A DNA stretch of 63,965 nt, the filler included, from Octopus bimaculoides (taxonomy: Eukaryota): the NCBI RefSeq assembly GCF_001194135.2. It is 4 parts of 4 records of this genome, joined end to end, with 100 filler letters (N's around TTAATTAATTAA, not from the genome) between each part and the next. Parts side by side here need not be neighbours in the genome. Positions count along the whole stretch, not along the records: positions 1 to 25,522 come from NC_068994.1; positions 25,623 to 36,690 come from NC_068991.1; positions 36,791 to 62,740 come from NC_068984.1; 1 more part is not named here. One strand, written 5' to 3'. Both the position numbers and the translations under genes were made by a program. This document shows, one piece after another, positions 24,470 to 37,487 of this stretch. Positions within the stretch are counted from its first letter, which is position 1. Each line of letters begins with the position of its first letter. The notes under the pieces are model-generated. The model was given only the letters and a program-made list of their open reading frames with translations. It was not told the DNA's origin and did not search any database.

Positions 24470-24776
24470 CATCATCATCATCATTTAACGTCCGCTTTCC
24501 ATGCTAGCATGGGTTGGACGATTTGACTGAGGACTGGTGAAACCGGATGGCAACACCAGGCTCCAGTCTGATTTGGCAGAGTTTCTACAGCTGGATGCCC
24601 TTCCTAACGCCAACCACTCAGAGAGTGTAGTGGGTGCTTTTACGTGTCACCCGCACGAAAACGGCCACGCTCGAAATGGTGTCTTTTATGTGCCACCCGC
24701 ACAAGCCAGTCCAGGGGCACTGGCAACGATCTCGCTCGAAAATCCTACAGGAGCCAGTCAGGCGGTACTGGCAACA
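24470..24776 (-). mobile_element. RTE 3' UTR and (tga)n tail
   Basis: Same tail as 13811-13978, in reverse orientation. Confidence 0.8.
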
Positions 24777-25232
24777 TGAAGAGAGGAAATGCCCCTGGCT
24801 CTTCAGGAATCACTGCTGAGATGCTTAAAATATCTGGCAGTGTAGGTCATTGTCTAGTCACCCATATTGTAAACCAGGTGATTCATGAAGGAGTCAAACC
24901 CAATGACTGTAGCAGCACCAGAGTCACCTGCTACAAAGGTAAAGGTGATGCCTTGGATAGAAATAATTACAGAGGTGTCAAATTGTTGGATCAGGTGATG
25001 AAAGTTATGGAGAGAATCATAGCCCAACTAATTAAAGGGAGAATTAGTCTAGAGGAGATGCAGTTTGGTTTTGTGCCAGGCAGAAGCACCACTGATGCTA
25101 CATTTCTGGTAAGGCAGCTGCAGGAGAAATACATAGCCAAAGATAAACCTCTGTACTTAGCCTTTGATGACTTGGAGAAAGCTTTTGACAGGGTCCCCCA
25201 ATCCCTTATCTGGTGGTCAATGTGGAAACTAG
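24777..25232 (+). mobile_element. RTE LINE reverse-transcriptase fragment
   Basis: MKRGNAPGSSGITAEMLK...YKGKGDALDRNNYRGVKLL...MQFGFVPGRSTTDATFLVRQLQEKY...YLAFDDLEKAFDRVP. Confidence 0.92.
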
Positions 25233-25520
25233 TGTGGTATGACATCAGTTTCTGGGGAGGCTAACCGGAAGGGCGAGTTGACCGGAAGAGGAAAAAGGAC
25301 AGAGGGAGCCTCGATCGGGATTCGTGCCCTTTTCGAACGGGGTTGTGGACAGGACAAGACGTGTCTAGTGACGGTCTAGGTTTGGGAGAAGCAGCTGCTA
25401 TTCCTGGTGTTCTTTGGGTCGGGGCAAGCTTCAAGGATCGGATACCGCAAGACAGACTCGCAGTCGACGAAAGGAAAACCGAGGTAAGGCGATTACATCT
25501 ATTCGCACGCATACACCACA
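25233..25520. mobile_element. Probable solo LTR inserted into the RTE fragment
   Basis: 288 bp, GC-richer than its flanks, termini TGTGGT...ACCACA; left flank ACTAG and right flank AC+gap, consistent with a 5-bp TSD. Confidence 0.6.
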
Positions 25521-25522
25521 AC

Positions 25523-25622
25523 NNNNNNNNNNNNNNNNNNNNNNNNNNNNNNNNNNNNNNNNNNNNTTAATTAATTAANNNNNNNNNNNNNNNNNNNNNN
25601 NNNNNNNNNNNNNNNNNNNNNN
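25523..25622. other. Assembly scaffold-join spacer (44 N + TTAATTAATTAA + 44 N)
   Basis: Identical 100-bp construct at 36691-36790 and 62741-62840. Confidence 0.95.
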
Positions 25623-26659
25623 TATATATATATATATATATGCATATATGCATACGTATATGTACATACTTACATCTATACATATATATATATATATATA
25701 TATGCATATGTGGACACAGGACATCACGAAACGTGTACAACAAAAAGTATGAAGCACGAGTACATGGAACATGAACTATGCTTTCGAGAAACGAAAGATA
25801 CAAATGGAATACAAAACAAACAACATCGGTTGTTGGCTGTTTTTCTAGTATCGTATTTCGAGCGTTTAACAACAATATACGGTTTTGATAAAACAGTTCC
25901 TTCTGCAAAGTAAATTAAATAAAATTTCGGATTTTGCAGAGGGTCAAAATTGGTAACACAAACAGGTCAATGAAAACAAAGAGGAAGGGCTGCTAAACCT
26001 AAACGAGGTCGTGGTGGCGAACGTGTAAATCAAGCTTGGACTGGAGACAACGGAGAGAAAGAAAGAAACACAAGTTAGGAGAAGAAAGACATATACACGT
26101 ATGTACGTATGTGTGTATGTATGTATGCGTGTATGTGTGTGTGCGCGTGTGTGCGTGCGCGTGTGTGAGTGCGCGTGTGTACGTGCGCGTGTGTGCGTTC
26201 GTGTGCATGTATATTTGCGTTTGTGTGTGTCTGTGTATGTGTGTGCATGTGTGTGTGTCTTTCTGCCTGTGACTGTCTGCCACGACCGCTTGACAATATG
26301 TGTTGTTGTGGTTTACGACTCCGTAATTTAACAGTTCAGCAAAAAAGACCGATAAAATAAGTCTGCGGCGTCAGAACAAAAATAAGTACAGGAGTCGATT
26401 CATTGGACAAACATTTCTTCAAGGTGATGCTCCAGTATGGCCAGAGCCTAATGACTTAAACAAGCGAGATATAAATGATATATAAATCCATCTATTCAAA
26501 TACAGGCATACCTCAATTTACGCCAGTAATTGGTTCCTAGACATATGACTTAACTCTAAAATCGACATAACAAGAAAAACCGTTTTTAAAAATGTTATTA
26601 GCTTATATTTGTTTTAATAAGTAGCTCGTACACATGTATTTTATTTGATTGTCCAGTTT

Positions 26660-26900
26660 AATTATTTATTTCTTTATTGCCTACAGGGGGCTAAACATAG
26701 AGGGGACAAAAAAGACAAACCAAGGAATTAAGTCGATTACCTCGACGCCAGTGCGTAACTGATACCTATTTAATCGACCCCAAAAGGATGAAAGGCAAAG
26801 TCGACATCGGCGGAATTTGAACTCAGAACGTAACGGCAGACGAAATACCGCTAAGTATTTCGCCTGGCGTGCTAACGATTCTGCCAGCTCGCCGCCCAGT
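26660..26900 (-). mobile_element. SINE family B, well-preserved copy
   Basis: Reverse complement reads gggcggcgagctggcagaatcgttagcacgccaggcgaaatacttagcgg...gagttcaaattccgccg. Confidence 0.85.
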
Positions 26901-26911
26901 TTAACATTGCG

Positions 26912-27115
26912 GCTACGCATGGCTTAGTGGTTAGGACGTTGATTTCATGATCGTAAAATTGTGGTTTCGATTCCTGGAATGGGCGACGCGTTGTGTTCTT
27001 GCGCAGAATACTTCGTTTCACGTTGCTCCAGTTCACTCAGCTGGTAAAAATGAGTAATCCTGCGACGGACTGGCGTCCCATCCGGGTGGTGTATATACAT
27101 CATGGAAACCGGCTC
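26912..27115 (+). mobile_element. tRNA-derived SINE family D
   Basis: tRNA-like head (tggcttagtggttagg...ggtttcgattcc) and central ctcagctggtaaaaatgagta...ctgcgacggactggcgtcccatcc; homologous to 36835-37060(+) and 52990-53186(-). Confidence 0.8.
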
Positions 27116-27991
27116 TTATAAGAACTTTCTTTCCTTAATGTTGGTTTTTAAGTGTTGTTTTTTTTTAAATTTGTATTATTTTAGATATGTTTGCTGACGT
27201 AACAGAAAGTCCGACCAAAGGTGAGGTTTGTTTTTATCCATTAATTCCTATTTAAAAAATCGACGTAAAGCAGGAAAAGATGTTACACGAATCCACACAA
27301 CTTGAGTGTGATATGCCTGTATACGCAATCTGGCAGAGCATCGATATGTCAAATCTTCCTCAAATCACAACATTTAGTCATAGGATAAAATGAAAAGCTA
27401 CATTTAGTAGTGTAGACCAAGATACACTATGCCTATTAACAATACTATGTGTACATGTATAGATCTGATTTTATCAGGTTTGTTTTGACGACGGACTGAA
27501 AGAATAACAATGACAGCATATTTCAAACGTTCATACACTCAGTCATACACATTACAGACATGCATATTTACATAGATGCTCGCGCGCACACAGACACGCA
27601 TACACACGCGAGACGCACATCACAACTACAACCAACACCACTACTACAAAGAAATGCAATAGCATCGGTATACCGAAAACACACATGTCTCATACGACGA
27701 CGACGACGACGACGATGACGATGACAACGAAAGATGGTGACGATCACGATGATGATAATCATCATCATCAATATCATCATTACTTTTCGCCATCACACTG
27801 ACGATGTTGATATGTGAATGTGTATGCTTGTACAGAAAATACCTTACATACCTGCACATGGAGGAACGTCCTGGCAGACAAATGTGTCACCCACACATAC
27901 ATACATGTGTGCACACATAAACACACACACGTGTGAGTGTGTGTGTCTGTGTGTGTGTATCTGTCTTCGTCTTTTGTTTTTTTATAGAATT

Positions 27992-28075
<84 letters not shown>

Positions 28076-28372
28076 NNNNNNNNNNNNNNNNNNNNNNNNN
28101 NNNNNNNNNNNNNNNNNNNNNNNNNNNNNNNNNNNNNNNNNNNNNNNNNNNNNNNNNNNNNNNNNNNNNNNNNNNNNNNNNNNNNNNNNNNNNNNNNNNN
28201 NNNNNNNNNNNNNNNNNNNNNNNNNNNNNNNNNNNNNNNNNNNNNNNNNNNNNNNNNNNNNNNNNNNNNNNNNNNNNNNNNNNNNNNNNNNNNNNNNNNN
28301 NNNNNNNNNNNNNNNNNNNNNNNNNNNNNNNNNNNNNNNNNNNNNNNTAACCACGCATCTGTGTGCACGTTT

Positions 28373-28409
<37 letters not shown>

Positions 28410-28451
28410 TATATGAAAATGTGCACACAGATACGTAGTTAATAGCAAGCA

Positions 28452-28492
<41 letters not shown>

Positions 28493-29450
28493 ATTCATGC
28501 AACACACTAACACATAAATACGTGAAATGTGCATATACACACAAAAAGACAGCATGCACGCAGTCTGCATTCAGAATGTGTCACATATTTGGAAGAATGT
28601 TTTTCATTCATATCTCCCAATGAATAAATAAAATAAATAACAATAATGCAGTATCCACAACAAAACAAAGCAAAAGAATTGAAACGATATAAATTCCTAC
28701 ATGCTCTCATTTTTGTGTCTGAGTGTGCGTCAGTGCGTCTGTGTCTGTGTGTGTGCTTCTGTTTCTAGCTGTATATGTATGTGTGTGCGTGTGTTTGCGC
28801 ATTCTACAAGCAAAATAAATCGTCTGCTTTCTTTCCATTATTTTAGTCGCATATTTCCGCCTAAATGCATTGCAATGTGCATCATTTTTACTGCAGCTCA
28901 ATGCTATCGTCTGTCTGCACGGCATATTTCCGCCTAACTGCATTGCAATGTGTCTCGAATGTACAGTGCAGTACAACTGAATGCTGTCGTCTGCCTGCAG
29001 GCACAAAGTCAGCCATTACTGTAAATATCGTTAATCTTTTACATGTATCGTCTTCAGGAATTTCTGCCGTCGCTAGCAAGGGCATTTTTGGAAAGTTTCC
29101 TGGCGGACTTTTTGTTTGTTTGTTTATTTCAAGAAATATTTCTTGTTCTTAAGTTATTTTTATATTTATTGGTTTTCTTTGTTGTTTTGTTTGTTTATTG
29201 CGTGTAAGAGCGGTGGATGCTGTATATTATATTACTTGTGAAATATTTGTTGTAATGTGGTGCTGCAGTATGCTTTTGGTTTTGTCTGTCATTTGATATT
29301 GTGGTGTTGTATTATGTAGTGGTGTTGTGTTATGCGGTGTGGTGTGGTGTGGTTTGGGTTGCGGCGTTGTCTGCGTTCCTGCGCGTATAATTGTTCTCTT
29401 CTCAGTGTTGTTGCAGTATGTTCATATCTAGTGTGTGTGTGTGTGTGTGT

Positions 29451-29496
<46 letters not shown>

Positions 29497-32400
29497 CTTG
29501 AGTTGTATGTATTACAGCTTATGTTTGTGGTTCATTCGTTGTTGAGTGACGTTATAGTATGTTTATGTGCTGCAGCGTAAGGTGTTTCGTGGTAAAATGT
29601 GTATGTACGCTGTTTTGTGCTACATAGTATGTGTTTATATGTATGTGTTGTGTGTGTGTTGGTGGTGATGTAATTTTGTAGCGTTTACTTGTGTCGCGAT
29701 GAAGTATGTTGCTTTACATTAAGAGATATTTGTATTATGTTCTGTAAAAATACCTAGTATTTGTCGTGATAATGCTTTCATACGGTGGTGTTTTTGTTAT
29801 TTTATTTTATTTTATTTTTTGTAGGGTTGCTTCTAGTTTCAGTGACTTTAAGAGACTGGGAGAAATCTTTCCTAAATAGGATGCCAGTCTATCGCCATTC
29901 AAAACCTTTCCTTTTTATAGGAAGCAGCAAATCACTTACTTTTCTTTTTTTACCCTTTTACTTGTTTCAGTCATTGATCTGCAGCCATGCTGGGGCATCG
30001 TCTTGAAGGGCATAGTCGAACAAATCGAGCTCAGTACTTATTCTACCGTCCGTTTTTGCCGAACCGCTTGGTTACAGGTATATAAGAAAAAAAAGCCAAC
30101 GTCGGTTATCAAGCGGTCGAGAGGGAGATGCGCGCGCACGCACCCACCCACACTCATATATATGGGAGAATTTACGAAAAAAAACCACAACAGACGAGGT
30201 CAGGTGGTGTAAACAACAAAAGGATGTATTAGTTTANNNNNNNNNNNNNNNNNNNNNNNNNNNNNNNNNNNNNNNNNNNNNNNNNNNNNNNNNNNNNNNN
30301 NNNNNNNNNNNNNNNNNNNNNNNNNNNNNNNNNNNNNNNNNNNNNNNNNNNNNNNNNNNNNNNNNNNNNNNNNNNNNNNNNNNNNNNNNNNNNNNNNNNN
30401 NNNNNNNNNNNNNNNNNNNNNNNNNNNNNNNNNNNNNNNNNNNNNNNNNNNNNNNNNNNNNNNNNNNNNNNNATATATAAATTTTTATATTAAATGCCCA
30501 AAGTTATATTTAATTTGCAATATATTATTGCTTGATCAAAAGGTTGGAACATAGGCTTAAAAATTAGAATTTTTATATTAAATGTCCAAATATATATGTT
30601 GAATACATTTGAATCGAATTGTACTTGGACATAACAATTTTAGTCTATTTTTTAATGTTCCAAACTTTTGGTCACAGCTGTTTGTATATATTGCAGTTTC
30701 CGTCTACCAAATTCGCTCACAAGATTTGGTCGGCATGACACTGTAGCAGAAGCCATTTGCCCAAGGTGTCAAGCAGTGGGACTGAATCTAGACCGATGTT
30801 GTTGAGAATCAAACTTCTTACCACTCAACCACGCCTATGCCTGGTAGTTTTTATTTATTTATTTATTTGGAGAGGGAGGAGTTGTAAGGGGAACTTCTAC
30901 TGTGTGTACACGTTTTTATTCTAGTTACAGTGACAATAAGAGACCGAGAAAAATCTTTCCTAAATAGGATGCTCGTTTATCGCTGCTGAAAACTTTTCCC
31001 TGTGAAAGAAAGCAGCCAATCACTTATGTGAGTCCAATAAATCATACGACGATAAATCATATTTATCATGTGACAAACTAGATGCAGTTAACCATTTCAG
31101 ATTTCTGTGAGTATCTCAGCAGCAGTACATGAACTATCAGCTTACTGGTTGGCGGCGGGTACCCAGACTCAAAATATATCATCCATATTTATAATAATAA
31201 ACGCAAAATTCTGTCTGACCCTCCGTCCGGGACCCCTATATCAGGCTACATTTGCTCTACATAGAGATATTATACATATTTGGAATCAAGATGATCTCGG
31301 GAGTAAAAATCTGCCCTTCATTTGGTTCTTGAACGTCCAGCATTGGGATCAGGTCTGGAAGTGGATTTGTTATATGCTAACAGTTGAAAATTCAAATTTT
31401 AAAAGAATTTCAAAAATTTGTGAACTTAAAAGTTTTTCATTTAAACTGAATCTAAAGTAATACCATATTGGTAGGGTAATACTATACTGGTAGGGTACCA
31501 ATAAATGTTTATTATTATCGCTCTCTTTATTTTGGGGTTGCAGTTTCAATTTACCCACCGCAGGAGCTAGCTTTAAAGTCGGTACGGAGTGCAGCTTTTA
31601 AGCTGGTTCATAATATATGGCATTCAATGAAAATAGCATCAAATCAAAAAGAGAGTGGCTGTGTGGTAAGTNNNNNNNNNNNNNNNNNNNNNNNNNNNNN
31701 NNNNNNNNNNNNNNNNNNNNNNNNNNNNNNNNNNNNNNNNNNNNNNNNNNNNNNNNNNNNNNNNNNNNNNNNNNNNNNNNNNNNNNNNNNNNNNNNNNNN
31801 NNNNNNNNNNNNNNNNNNNNNNNNNNNNNNNNNNNNNNNNNNNNNNNNNNNNNNNNNNNNNNNNNNNNNNNNNNNNNNNNNNNNNNNNNNNNNNNNNNNN
31901 NNNNNNNNNNNNNNNNNNNNNNNNNNNNNNNNNNNNNNNNNNNNNNNNNNNNNNNNNNNNNNNNNNNNNNNNNNNNNNNNNNNNNNNNNNNNNNNNNNNN
32001 NNNNNNNNNNNNNNNNNNNNNNNNNNNNNNNNNNNNNNNNNNNNNNNNNNNNNNNNNNNNNNNNNNNNNNNNNNNNNNNNNNNNNNNNNNNNNNNNNNNN
32101 NNNNNNNNNNNNNNNNNNNNNNNNNNNNNNNNNNNNNNNNNNNNNNNNNNNNNNNNNNNNNNNNNNNNNNNNNNNNNNNNNNNNNNNNNNNNNNNNNNNN
32201 NNNNNNNNNNNNNNNNNNNNNNNNNNNNNNNNNNNNNNNNNNNNNNNNNNNNNNNNNNNNNNNNNNNNNNNAGTTTTCCTCGCCGACATTTGAAATCACA
32301 ACGTAAAAACAGACGAAATACTGATGACTGTGGAGAGAAAGAATTTACTTTGCAAACACATGGTTCCGGTTTCGAGTTCATTGTGCAGATTCAGGATATT

Positions 32401-32759
32401 GGGTAAATTTCTCTTGTTACAGCTGCAAGCTGACTAGTATTGTGTCAATGGCAATTTGTTACATAATGACTGTGTATACATATATGTATGTATGTATGTA
32501 TGTATGTAAATATGTATGTATGTATGTATGTATGTAAGTATGTAAGTATGTATGTATGTATGTCTATCTGTATGTATGTATGTATGTATGTATGTATGTA
32601 TGTATGTATGTATGTATGTTTGAATATACATGCCGAGCTCGACATAACATATATACCATCAAGTATATAACTGGTTATCGCATATAACAAATCAGAAAGT
32701 TCACTAAACTGCTGCAGGAACACGATGTTCATTTAGGATTTACAGCATGCGTACCTAGA

Positions 32760-33100
32760 AGAACTAGCACAAAAGCTATAGTTTACAAAACAGAACTAGC
32801 GTTGACCAGCACCAACGGGATGACGCATGAGCAGAGAGACGCCGGAGCAAACAGACGGACTCTTTAAAATCAGGTTTAATAATTACAGATCCTCTTGCAG
32901 GATCCAGCAAAGGCGTAATATCAGAACTTTAGCTAGCAATATATAGCGATTAAAAGCAGACGTAAAGCTCTGTACCATCAAATGAAAGTTGCTAGAATGA
33001 CATAGACCGTATCTTAATGGAAGTAAGAAATGCAGACTCTACTTGGCAGAGAAGAGAATCATTCTTAAAATTCACAATTCTTAAAATACTGGGCGCATTC
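32760..33100 (+). mobile_element. Penelope-like element GIY-YIG endonuclease fragment
   Basis: Frame GLFKIRFNNYRSSCR...LASNI*RLK...IK*KLLE*HRPYLNGSKKCRLYLAEKRII parallels the EN region at 61600-62023. Confidence 0.6.
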
Positions 33101-33599
33101 CTGAACACTTAACATTTTCTGGTATTGTCCTTATGAGTGCAATAGGCTACGTGGCCATGTTCTTTTTTGAATTAGAGAACGATGGACACTTCACAGTCTA
33201 CTCATTTCATACATGGCTAACATCAATCTATAAGGAATAATTCTTTCTTTTCTTTCTTCCCAAAAATATTTTTCACTAAATTTCATTCCTTTTTCCTCCC
33301 ACCAAGCCAATCTACAGTCCACGTACCTCATGCGCTAAAGAGAATATGCACTTCAAGCCAATATGTCAGCAGTGTCGGCGATATTGTCTAGTAGTAAAAT
33401 TCGACGTGAAATCGACAGTAATATTTTGGCCAGTTTTATGCAATATTGCTTAATAGTATAAAAATATATTCGTTCTATTCTACTGGGGGTTATTTTTTTA
33501 TTTCAGACTTTATTTCTGAGAACTAACTGATGATAAGCGTGTGCATATGTGTGTACCTATACATTTACATATATGCAAGCACATACATATACGTAAATG

Positions 33600-33651
<52 letters not shown>

Positions 33652-34681
33652 NNNNNNNNNNNNNNNNNNNNNNNNNNNNNNNNNNNNNNNNNNNNNNNNN
33701 NNNNNNNNNNNNNNNNNNNNNNNNNNNNNNNNNNNNNNNNNNNNNNNNNNNNNNNNNNNNNNNNNNNNNNNNNNNNNNNNNNNNNNNNNNNNNNNNNNNN
33801 NNNNNNNNNNNNNNNNNNNNNNNNNNNNNNNNNNNNNNNNNNNNNNNNNNNNNNNNNNNNNNNNNNNNNNNNNNNNNNNNNNNNNNNNNNNNNNNNNNNN
33901 NNNNNNNNNNNNNNNNNNNNNNNNNNNNNNNNNNNNNNNNNNNNNNNNNNNNNNNNNNNNNNNNNNNNNNNNNNNNNNNNNNNNNNNNNNNNNNNNNNNN
34001 NNNNNNNNNNNNNNNNNNNNNNNNNNNNNNNNNNNNNNNNNNNNNNNNNNNNNNNNNNNNNNNNNNNNNNNNNNNNNNNNNNNNNNNNNNNNNNNNNNNN
34101 NNNNNNNNNNNNNNNNNNNNNNNNNNNNNNNNNNNNNNNNNNNNNNNNNNNNNNNNNNNNNNNNNNNNNNNNNNNNNNNNNNNNNNNNNNNNNNNNNNNN
34201 NNNNNNNNNNNNNNNNNNNNNNNNNNNNNNNNNNNNNNNNNNNNNNNNNNNNNNNNNNNNNNNNNNNNNNNNNNNNNNNNNNNNNNNNNNNNNNNNNNNN
34301 NNNNNNNNNNNNNNNNNNNNNNNNNNNNNNNNNNNNNNNNNNNNNNNNNNNNNNNNNNNNNNNNNNNNNNNNNNNNNNNNNNNNNNNNNNNNNNNNNNNN
34401 NNNNNNNNNNNNNNNNNNNNNNNNNNNNNNNNNNNNNNNNNNNNNNNNNNNNNNNNNNNNNNNNNNNGTGTGTGTAATTAATATAGACAACCATGCGCAA
34501 TGTGTTACCAAAAAAGGAACTATAATTTTCACACCTACATTGATAGAAATAAGAGCTAAAATGCTCTAATGCACATAATTAAAGCACATAATTGTAAACA
34601 CATGCACTGACAGGGGCTGTAATCTCCCGAAAACACCGGTCGAGAATTCCTTATACTGCTCATATTTATATAATATCTTAC

Positions 34682-34754
34682 TCGTTTCAGCCATGCGGCT
34701 GCGGTCATGCTGGAGCACCACCGTGATGTGTGTGTCTCTCTCTTTCTCTCTCTG

Positions 34755-34815
<61 letters not shown>

Positions 34816-34978
34816 GATGGGTTGCTTTCAGTTTCTGCCTACCAAGTCCACTCACAGAGCTTTGGTCAGCCTGAGGCTACCATAGGAGACACCTGTTCAA
34901 GAGAACCACGAAGTGGGCTTGAACTCGATACCATGAGGTTGGAAAGCAAGCTTCTTACAACACAGTTACGCCTGCGCC
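34682..34978 (-). mobile_element. SINE family A with internal microsatellite
   Basis: Reverse complement of the family A head and tail. Confidence 0.75.
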
Positions 34979-35462
34979 TATAAGAGCATGAGTATTTTGG
35001 TAACAGCTGGAGGCTATCAAATTATTACCTAGATTTCACTCAAACATTTCGTCTCGACTGCAAAAACAAAAGGAGTGATTGAAAGAGAAAATAGGTGAGA
35101 CAAACAGACACACAGACAGACTCACAGTCACACAGACACACAGAGAGACTCACAGTCACACAGACACACAGAGAGACTCACAGTCATACAGACAGAACCA
35201 TGGTGCTGGTTACTGTGAATGTATCTTGAGTTGACACCTCTGTCTGGATAATCTCTGGCAATTTTCCTAACAAACAAATTTTATATATCTTCTGATCAGA
35301 TGCAAAGCAGAGAGGACTGGGATACACTGGTGCCTTCTCCTAACGCAGAAGCAAGCATACGCACACACACACATACACACACATTCACACACACTCACAC
35401 ACCTACACACACTCACACACCTACACACTCACACATCTACACACTCACACATCTACACACAA

Positions 35463-35496
<34 letters not shown>

Positions 35497-36047
35497 NNNN
35501 NNNNNNNNNNNNNNNNNNNNNNNNNNNNNNNNNNNNNNNNNNNNNNNNNNNNNNNNNNNNNNNNNNNNNNNNNNNNNNNNNNNNNNNNNNNNNNNNNNNN
35601 NNNNNNNNNNNNNNNNNNNNNNNNNNNNNNNNNNNNNNNNNNNNNNNNNNNNNNNNNNNNNNNNNNNNNNNNNNNNNNNNNNNNNNNNNNNNNNNNNNNN
35701 NNNNNNNNNNNNNNNNNNNNNNNNNNNNNNNNNNNNNNNNNNNNNNNNNNNNNNNNNNNNNNNNNNNNNNNNNNNNNNNNNNNNNNNNNNNNNNNNNNNN
35801 NNNNNNNNNNNNNNNNNNNNNNNNNNNNNNNNNNNNNNNNNNNNNNNNNNNNNNNNNNNNNNNNNNNNNNNNNNNNNNNNNNNNNNNNNNNNNNNNNNNN
35901 NNNNAGGGAGAGGAGGGAGTGAGGTGATTTTAAAAGACGAGGCAAAATGTCTTGATCACCTCAACATTTTAGCCAGGCGAACTAGACACCATCAGGCATC
36001 ATTGCAGGCTGCGGTGATTAGACGGGGGGGGGCTGGTTTTGTCGACC

Positions 36048-36085
<38 letters not shown>

Positions 36086-36183
36086 TAAACTTGCTCGCTG
36101 GTCGGCTGGTCGGCTGCAGGCCGGTATAACATGCTTTTTCCTGGGACAAGCAGTTTTTGATTTCTCAAGTATCTTGTTACCAC

Positions 36184-36214
<31 letters not shown>

Positions 36215-36614
36215 TAGCAGTAGTAGCAATTGAGACAGTGGTGGTCATGGTTGTTGCTGTTATCATTGTTATTCTTGTTTAGCCCTAGTCCCAGGTGATC
36301 ATTGGTGGATCGAGCAGGTCTTATCTATCAAGAATCCCATATGAAGAATCCTTATATTACGACCATCTTGTCCGTTTATAAGTCTATATCTAAGACTATC
36401 TGACAAGATTATGTAAGTGTACCGAACATTTCTTGGTAGGGTGGTATGTGTTCTTGAGGGAAATCCGGCTGCTGTTTCTAATACCTGTTCAGAGGGGGAC
36501 CCCTTTGTTTATTGTTGTTGTTGTAATTGATCAGCATTGGTCATCACTAATCGTTGGTTGCTGATGTTATTGGTAGTGAAAGTAGCATTTGTAGTACATA
36601 CTATCCACTGGTGC

Positions 36615-36671
<57 letters not shown>

Positions 36672-36690
36672 GGTGGTGGTGGTGGTGGTG

Positions 36691-36790
36691 NNNNNNNNNN
36701 NNNNNNNNNNNNNNNNNNNNNNNNNNNNNNNNNNTTAATTAATTAANNNNNNNNNNNNNNNNNNNNNNNNNNNNNNNNNNNNNNNNNNNN
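36691..36790. other. Assembly scaffold-join spacer
   Basis: 44 N + TTAATTAATTAA + 44 N. Confidence 0.95.
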
Positions 36791-37487
36791 GGAAATAGCA
36801 ACAAGAGAATATAGTCTTTACAATTACTTAAATATGGAAGCACGTAACTTAATGAGTGGGGCGTTGCACTCAAGATCGTAAGATTGGAAGGTTCGATTCT
36901 TCAACCGGGCAACGCCTTGTGTTCTTGAGCAGAAGACTTCATCTCACGTTGTTCAAGTTCCCTCAGCTGGTAAAAATGAGTATTCCTGCGACGAACCGGC
37001 GTCCCATCCAGTGGGGAACCTGGCTAACGTCACAGCATCAGGGAAACCAACCTCATGAGCCTATGGCTAGAAGAGGACCTTTTATCTTATTTTTATGTTT
37101 TTTTTTTTTTGTCAATTATCTAAGAAGACTACAATTCCTTGGATCTTATGTCGACTCATTCAAGATTGACTTGGGGTTAAATCACAACAAAACATTGGTC
37201 TCAATGTGATACGGAAAAAAAAAAATCGTTTGAACAAACAAGGCCAGGATTTATTTAGGGGAAGTTAATGAAATTGTGTGAGGTGGTGTCAAAGCCTATC
37301 CCAATGAGGTTAATATCAGCTGGAAATAAAGTGGCTTGTTTTTAAAAGAAAAATCGGAAATTGCACGCTTGACTAGAAAATTACGTGTAAACACACACTC
37401 ACAAATAAACATACACACACATAAGCATAAACCTATATAAGCATACATACACATATGCATACAGAGACACACACATACACATATGTA

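Noticed and set aside
25567-25578. TTAATTAATTAA palindrome recurring three times as a biological motif
   Set aside because: It is always centred in exactly 44+44 N, so it is an assembly linker.
26912-26990. tRNA genes at SINE heads (also 36835, 49234, 58118)
   Set aside because: A/B boxes are present but there is no full cloverleaf, and each continues into a SINE body.
28849-28999. Two-copy ~73-bp tandem duplication
   Set aside because: Real but only two diverged units, with no further structure or coding signal.
31101-31610. ORF 31107-31460 or a farnesoic-acid methyltransferase-like pseudo-exon
   Set aside because: It needs several frameshifts to fit, and the tataataataaacgcaaaattctgtctgaccctccgtccg start looks more like a non-autonomous Helitron-type repeat.
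32734-33240. Possible decayed paralogue of the orphan TM exon
   Set aside because: Another frame gives a clear Penelope GIY-YIG fragment; the peptide resemblance was chance.
20770-36233. Long ORFs spanning N runs and (TA)n/(CA)n/(TATG)n/(GGCT)n microsatellites
   Set aside because: They are artefacts of gaps and simple repeats.
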